Shown piece by piece: positions 27,309 through 32,000 of a DNA stretch of 32,000 nucleotides. Both the position numbers and the translations under genes were made by a program. The first letter of the stretch is position 1, and each line of letters begins with the position of its first letter. The notes beneath the pieces are model-generated. The model ran no database searches. It was not told the DNA's origin and saw only the letters and a program-made list of their open reading frames with translations. The DNA is from Candidatus Thorarchaeota archaeon (GTDB lineage: Archaea > Asgardarchaeota > Thorarchaeia > Thorarchaeales > Thorarchaeaceae): assembly GCA_008080745.1 (NCBI GenBank), contig SHMX01000006.1:60001-92000 (forward strand). The letters run 5' to 3'.

Positions 27309-30300
27309 TTGACTGATTTACACCCGATACAAATTGTGGAATATTCTGATGATTTAGCCAAAAAAGTTGCTAATATGTGGAACACCTGGGATGAGCTTTG
27401 GATAGGCGGATTCACTCAGGGAGTACCATACACCGAAGAACGTGTACAGGAACAAATGGCAACAATGCAGAGAATTTCTCAACTCATAGCGATTGATGAT
27501 GAAACAGGAGAAGCTATTGGGTCTTGCTCGGTACTGCAACACTGGCAAGATGACGAAGCTGCATATGTTGGATTGTTAGGAGTGTCACCTTCTGCACTTA
27601 ATAAGAAGGTAGGAAAACGTCTACTTCTTCGTGCTGTACAGATTGCTATTGAGAGAGGTTACACACGAATTGATCTGCATACATGGGCAGGGAACCTCAG
27701 GGCTCTCCCGCTTTACAAGAAAATTGGTCTCATGTGGGATCCAGAAGGTAATGGTGTTTCTATGCAGGACTATATTCCAGGAATTCTAAAGCATCAGCTA
27801 ACAGCTCCGTTTTTCATCGGAAAAGAAGAGTCTGCATGGTATGATCTACAAAAGAGAGAGATTTCTCAAGCTCCCGACGATATGTCTGAGAATAATATGG
27901 CAGTATTCAAATATAGATTTGAAGATGAAGAGAACTTTATTGACGTAATAGTTGATAGAATAGGGAGGGGGATAACTGGTTTATCACGAGAGTTAGATGG
28001 AGAATCTCTTAGTGTTCAGGCATACCCATCCCATCAAGACATCATCTGTGGGATTCCAGCAAAATATACTATTGAGATACAAAATGGTATGAAAATGAAT
28101 CTTGACCTTACAGTCACGCTTGATGCCTTTGAAGGCATTGTATTAGATGACCTGACAACTGAAACTATTATCAAAACAGGTACCACTTTCAAATGGGAAG
28201 TTCCATTCACAGTGGACTCAAGTGCGCCCTTACACAGAATAGACCACAAGAGTCCATCAATAACAGCATCCATTAATTTAGGTGGAGTAAGCTCAAAACT
28301 AGTAACTGGACTAAGGATAAATTCGATTGCGGACATTTCTACAGAATGGGGTGACTGTAAGCTAGCTCCAGGCGGAACAGCTGAATTACCAATTAACATC
28401 AGAAATCAATACAAAGCATTTAGTGGTAAGTTAGTCTTAACTAGCGATACTGAACAGATATCAGTAATTCCCTCGACTAGCGAAATCGAATTAGATTCGA
28501 AATCTTTTGGAGGACTAGTTGCAGAAATCAGTGCGAAACGAGATACTGATACCAAATCGTATAACATTTGGGCATATTTTGATGTTGAAACAGAAAGTTT
28601 CGATGGTGAACCAATCAAACTTCGGACAAGGAAATTCAAAATACCGATTTACTGCATTGGTGATGGGATAGCGAGAGTAGGAGAGATTGAGAAGGAACGG
28701 TTGGTTCGCGTTGTTTCTGAAACATTTCATGCAACTGCAAATCGTGAAGGGGGAAGATGCACCTTTGTAACACCTCAAGGAGCACGTAGGGCAAATCCCT
28801 CAGTTGATTTTCGTGTAGGACCACCATTTGGTATCGATCCATTTAGATTCGCTGAAAGAGAGATTAAAACTACCTACAAGACAGATTCAACTACTCTCTC
28901 AATTAGCGCAAAACATCCAGGGAGACCTCTATTACTTGAAACGGAAATTGTTTTTCCTAAAGGAAATGAAATAATCCGTGCAGATTTTTGGGTCACCAAT
29001 ACAAGTGAAGAACCGCACACATTTCAAGCTCGCATGTATGGACCGGATGGAGGAATCTCACTTGGTTCAATTGGTACGATGTTTATCCCTTTGAAGTCGG
29101 GCCTCATTGAGGGACCAATAACAAGCTCATTCACAACAAATCAAGCGCTTCCCACAAATCCAAATGAGTGGGCGGAAGATTGGGTAGCTCAATATGATGG
29201 AAGAGGAGTTACTGGTCAATTCTGGAGTTCGAAAGGAACAAAAAAGGTTCAGATTGTTTTTGGTCGTATAGGTAAATTGGAGTATGAGGATATTACTCTA
29301 CAACCTAGTGAAAAGCGAAGGATAAGCCAAATCTGGAATGTGCTATCTGCTGAACATTGGACTGATATTCATCAAGCTTGGAAGAGGACAATCAAAGGAC
29401 AATACGAACTCCCATACGAAGTTGAAGACCCCGAAGATTCCAAATATATTCTCGAATTGAAAGCAGAAACCGTAGTAACTCGTCCAAAACAGACAGTCAA
29501 GGTAGATGTAACTTTTTCCAATCATAGCAATGTAGTTATTCCAGGCGATTTAGTGATTTGGGCTCCTGACGGGTATAAAATGACGTCAGTATCAATTGAT
29601 TCTGCTGAGATAACAGATGGCAAATGCACAATACAAGACTTCATTCCAGAAGGAAATCAAGACCTTACCATCATGCTAGAACCAACCAAAGATCTACCAA
29701 ATGGATTCTGCTTGTCAGAAGGTAAGATGTTATACAAATCAGTCAGTGAAACCCACGGAGTATATCAAATCATACAACTCGGTATGAGTAACGCTTCAGT
29801 GGAGATTGCAAAAAGTACAGAGAGTAACAGGGAAGTTTACACAATTGATAATGGTCTTATATCTTTCAAGGTGTCACCTGATTTTGGTGGATGCATGACT
29901 TCTCTGAAAAACAGTAATTCCACCGAACTACTAGTATCAGCATTCCCTGAGGCAAGTCCAAAAATTTTTCTTGAGAATTATTTCGGAGGAGTTCAACCTG
30001 TATTCTGGACAGACCATCCAGATGATGGTCTAGTAAAAGCAAAGACAAATCTAGAGGATATGGAAATTCAAGTCACTGAGATTAGCGATTTATGGAAAGG
30101 AGTAGAACTATCTTGGACTGCAGAAGTTCAGAAATTCCTACGAGGATTAGATTTCAAAATACAATATCTCACTGCTCCCGGATGTCCAATGATTATTATC
30201 TCATCCACAATTAACAATGACACTTCAGCACCCTTCACACTAAGCCCCTCTTTTTTCATTGATAATGCATTCAATGGAGACCTATCCAATATGGTTATTG

Positions 30301-30617
30301 AATCAGTCTTCGGTCATAAGAGAAGTACATCTAGAGTAGGAGATATTCCGATTTCATACATATCTGAAAATAATATCATATGGACCCGAAAGGAAGATTC
30401 TCAAAAGACTCCTGAGGGATTAGGACTGATGATTCCATACGAGCAAAAGAAGGGTCTGTTTATTGGTATTCAAGGATTGGTCCTGACTGGTTTCACTGAA
30501 CGAAAAATATACCTTAAGCCAGGAGAGAAGAAGAATATCATCTTTGCGCTTCTTGTAGATCCGCCTAGTCTAGAGTTAATGGAGAAACTGAGAGGTCTTA
30601 TTTTAGGCCTGCTTTAG
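27309..30617 (+). CDS. Large (1102 aa) protein: N-terminal GNAT followed by ~900 aa of beta-rich domains
   Basis: YVGLLGVSP....KKVGKRLL and LHTWAGNLRALPLYKKIG; C-terminal YTIDNGLISFKVSPDFGG..SL resembles the start of a galactose-mutarotase-like sandwich. Confidence 0.82.
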   Translation: MTDLHPIQIVEYSDDLAKKVANMWNTWDELWIGGFTQGVPYTEERVQEQMATMQRISQLIAIDDETGEAIGSCSVLQHWQDDEAAYVGLLGVSPSALNKKVGKRLLLRAVQIAIERGYTRIDLHTWAGNLRALPLYKKIGLMWDPEGNGVSMQDYIPGILKHQLTAPFFIGKEESAWYDLQKREISQAPDDMSENNMAVFKYRFEDEENFIDVIVDRIGRGITGLSRELDGESLSVQAYPSHQDIICGIPAKYTIEIQNGMKMNLDLTVTLDAFEGIVLDDLTTETIIKTGTTFKWEVPFTVDSSAPLHRIDHKSPSITASINLGGVSSKLVTGLRINSIADISTEWGDCKLAPGGTAELPINIRNQYKAFSGKLVLTSDTEQISVIPSTSEIELDSKSFGGLVAEISAKRDTDTKSYNIWAYFDVETESFDGEPIKLRTRKFKIPIYCIGDGIARVGEIEKERLVRVVSETFHATANREGGRCTFVTPQGARRANPSVDFRVGPPFGIDPFRFAEREIKTTYKTDSTTLSISAKHPGRPLLLETEIVFPKGNEIIRADFWVTNTSEEPHTFQARMYGPDGGISLGSIGTMFIPLKSGLIEGPITSSFTTNQALPTNPNEWAEDWVAQYDGRGVTGQFWSSKGTKKVQIVFGRIGKLEYEDITLQPSEKRRISQIWNVLSAEHWTDIHQAWKRTIKGQYELPYEVEDPEDSKYILELKAETVVTRPKQTVKVDVTFSNHSNVVIPGDLVIWAPDGYKMTSVSIDSAEITDGKCTIQDFIPEGNQDLTIMLEPTKDLPNGFCLSEGKMLYKSVSETHGVYQIIQLGMSNASVEIAKSTESNREVYTIDNGLISFKVSPDFGGCMTSLKNSNSTELLVSAFPEASPKIFLENYFGGVQPVFWTDHPDDGLVKAKTNLEDMEIQVTEISDLWKGVELSWTAEVQKFLRGLDFKIQYLTAPGCPMIIISSTINNDTSAPFTLSPSFFIDNAFNGDLSNMVIESVFGHKRSTSRVGDIPISYISENNIIWTRKEDSQKTPEGLGLMIPYEQKKGLFIGIQGLVLTGFTERKIYLKPGEKKNIIFALLVDPPSLELMEKLRGLILGLL

Positions 30618-30624
30618 ACTATAA

Positions 30625-30649
30625 GGACCGGGCTTGATTCACCCGGTCC
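30625..30649. terminator. GC-rich hairpin between convergent genes; probable bidirectional terminator
   Basis: GGACCGGG-CTTGATTCA-CCCGGTCC, a perfect 8-bp stem in a 39-nt gap, followed by CATTTTT on the + strand. Confidence 0.65.
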
Positions 30650-30656
30650 ACCATTT

Positions 30657-31652
30657 TTATCTCGGTTTTATGTGACCGCCCCATTCAACCATATCTTCTA
30701 TGGTTTCTTTGCGATCCCATTTTGACTCGAATCCAAGTTCTTCTTTGATTTTTGTATCATCGACAATATAATTAGAACCTAACATTTTTACTCGAAATGA
30801 AGTGATTAGTGGTGGTTCTGGTCTGAGAAAGGCTCTGTATAGCCCTCCAACTAATGCGCCTAGTCCTACAGCTACCTTGTACGGAATACTTCGGAAATCC
30901 TTCGCAACCCCCAGCTCATCAGCCACCATTTCAGCAAATTCCCGCATCTCGGTTGTAAATGAAACCACATTGTACGCGTTTCCATTTGCTATATCCATCT
31001 TTTCTGCTGCTAATACTAGCGCTCTGGCAACATCCTCTCCATGTACAATACTTTGTTTATTCTTTCCTCCACTAAATACGGTATAATCTCCGGATTTCAT
31101 TAATTTGAGAATATTAGGACCAGTGTACATATCACCGTAACCAAGTACTATGGGAGGTCTAATTGCTGTAGCATTGAAATTGTGTTCTTCTGAATACTTC
31201 CAGACAATTCTTTCAGCTTCCAATTTCGATTTCTGATAGGCATTAGCAGGTTTGTAAGGAAAATCTTCATGCATTGGTTCTTCTGAATTTGGAAAGCCGT
31301 ATAATGCTGTAGAAGAAGTGTAGATCAGATTGGAGATGCCTTTCTCAACAAGAACATCCAGAACATTTCTTGTACCCTCGACATTTACCGGCCAGAAATG
31401 CTGTTTGCCGCCCCAGTCAGACATAATTGCTGCGTTATGGAAAAACCATTCAATATCATTGGGGATTGCATCACGTAGACTACCAGTATCTGTTATATCA
31501 CCAATAACAGTAGATACCTCAACATCATCCAGTAAAGACATGTTCGAGGTTTTTCTTACAAGAACAATCACATCATGTCCTTTTTGAATCAGAGTTCGAA
31601 CAATGTGGTTACCAATAAAACCCGTTCCACCAGTTACAAAGCATCGAGTCAT
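30657..31652 (-). CDS. Extended SDR, NAD-dependent epimerase/3-beta-HSD-like
   Basis: FVTGGTGFIG, FHNAA, VNVEGT, YTSS, YQKSK, IRPP. Start trimmed to ATG 31652; the longer ORF-track N-terminus is AT-rich spacer. Confidence 0.92.
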   Translation of the reverse strand: MTRCFVTGGTGFIGNHIVRTLIQKGHDVIVLVRKTSNMSLLDDVEVSTVIGDITDTGSLRDAIPNDIEWFFHNAAIMSDWGGKQHFWPVNVEGTRNVLDVLVEKGISNLIYTSSTALYGFPNSEEPMHEDFPYKPANAYQKSKLEAERIVWKYSEEHNFNATAIRPPIVLGYGDMYTGPNILKLMKSGDYTVFSGGKNKQSIVHGEDVARALVLAAEKMDIANGNAYNVVSFTTEMREFAEMVADELGVAKDFRSIPYKVAVGLGALVGGLYRAFLRPEPPLITSFRVKMLGSNYIVDDTKIKEELGFESKWDRKETIEDMVEWGGHIKPR

Positions 31653-31782
31653 CCTTACATCAAATATCTTGATGATATTCTGCTGTTTTAATCTTCCGAA
31701 GAATCTTGATTGTGTGTTTCTATGAACAAAAGATACTATTAAGAAGTGAAAAATTAGTATGTAAGAACTGGAGTTTAGGAGA

Positions 31783-32000
31783 TTGAAGAAAGTAATCTTA
31801 CTCTTCATCTGCATATTGATGATTTCAGATACGACTAACATAGTAGATGTAAAAAAATCAATGCTCACTCCAGAATCAAGCGTGTTACACTCACAAACGG
31901 AAGAAGGGTTTCAACTTCATAATCCAATCAACATTCATTCGGATCAAGAACTAGCAGAGGCCGGATACCCAGGAGAGGGAACTAAAGAATCACCATATAT
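31783..32000 (+). CDS. Partial (runs off right edge) secreted beta-helix (NosD-type) surface protein
   Basis: Not in ORF track. TTG start after GGAG; signal peptide MKKVILLFICILMIS; HNPINIHSDQELAEAGYPGEGTKESPY matches the motif preceding the beta-helix in 5193-7436. Confidence 0.8.
   Translation, partial: MKKVILLFICILMISDTTNIVDVKKSMLTPESSVLHSQTEEGFQLHNPINIHSDQELAEAGYPGEGTKESPY

Noticed and set aside
540-31587. The many 60-122 aa ORFs antisense to or nested in longer genes (e.g. 2579-2947, 14875-15153, 18382-18714, 21962-22285, 28034-28399)
   Set aside because: Shadow frames of well-supported genes with no recognisable motifs.
30657-31652. Sterol-pathway 3-beta-HSD/NSDHL as a eukaryotic signature
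   Set aside because: The motifs define only a widespread extended SDR, and no other sterol genes are nearby.
31653-31868. 72-aa N-terminal extension of the SDR in the ORF track
   Set aside because: It is AT-rich and overlaps the start of the divergent + strand gene at 31783. Similar over-extensions were trimmed at 13346, 17893, 20627, 23445 and 26373.
1-32000. CRISPR array, tRNA, rRNA, IS/transposase, integrase or proviral genes
   Set aside because: No regularly spaced repeats, cloverleaf/T-loop motifs, long GC-rich RNA tracts or mobile-element motifs were seen by eye; a tRNAscan/Infernal run would be decisive.

Overview
Gene-dense, AT-rich archaeal DNA, most likely Asgard and probably Thorarchaeia. 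This is inferred from a Rab-like GTPase, a longin-domain protein, 24-aa LRRs and two beta-helix surface proteins with the PG.G[ST]...PY motif; no rRNA or marker gene is present. About 30 CDSs are supported, three of them missing from the ORF track: partial genes at both edges and a 56-aa membrane protein. Routine content: NAD salvage pair (pncB, pncA-like), two methyltransferases, M29 aminopeptidase, three GNATs, an ArsB/NhaD-type permease, a DinB protein, an SDR and an orphan histidine kinase. Strongest leads: (1) two tandem ~299-aa minimal serpin-fold genes (~81% identical) with a divergent reactive-centre loop and a non-canonical hinge; (2) three paralogous 2-TM proteins with a ubiquitin-like C-terminal domain lacking GG; (3) a cluster of a longin/NPRL2-like winged-helix protein, a small helical protein and a Rab-like GTPase; (4) a candidate box C/D sRNA with an inserted hairpin at ~11477-11587; (5) a molybdopterin oxidoreductase with a 2x[4Fe-4S] ferredoxin inserted in domain IV; (6) a GNAT frame open 95 codons upstream of its first ATG, with a possible ATT start. 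No CRISPR array, tRNA, rRNA, transposase, integrase or RT was seen. All family calls are by-eye motif recognition; no database search was run.
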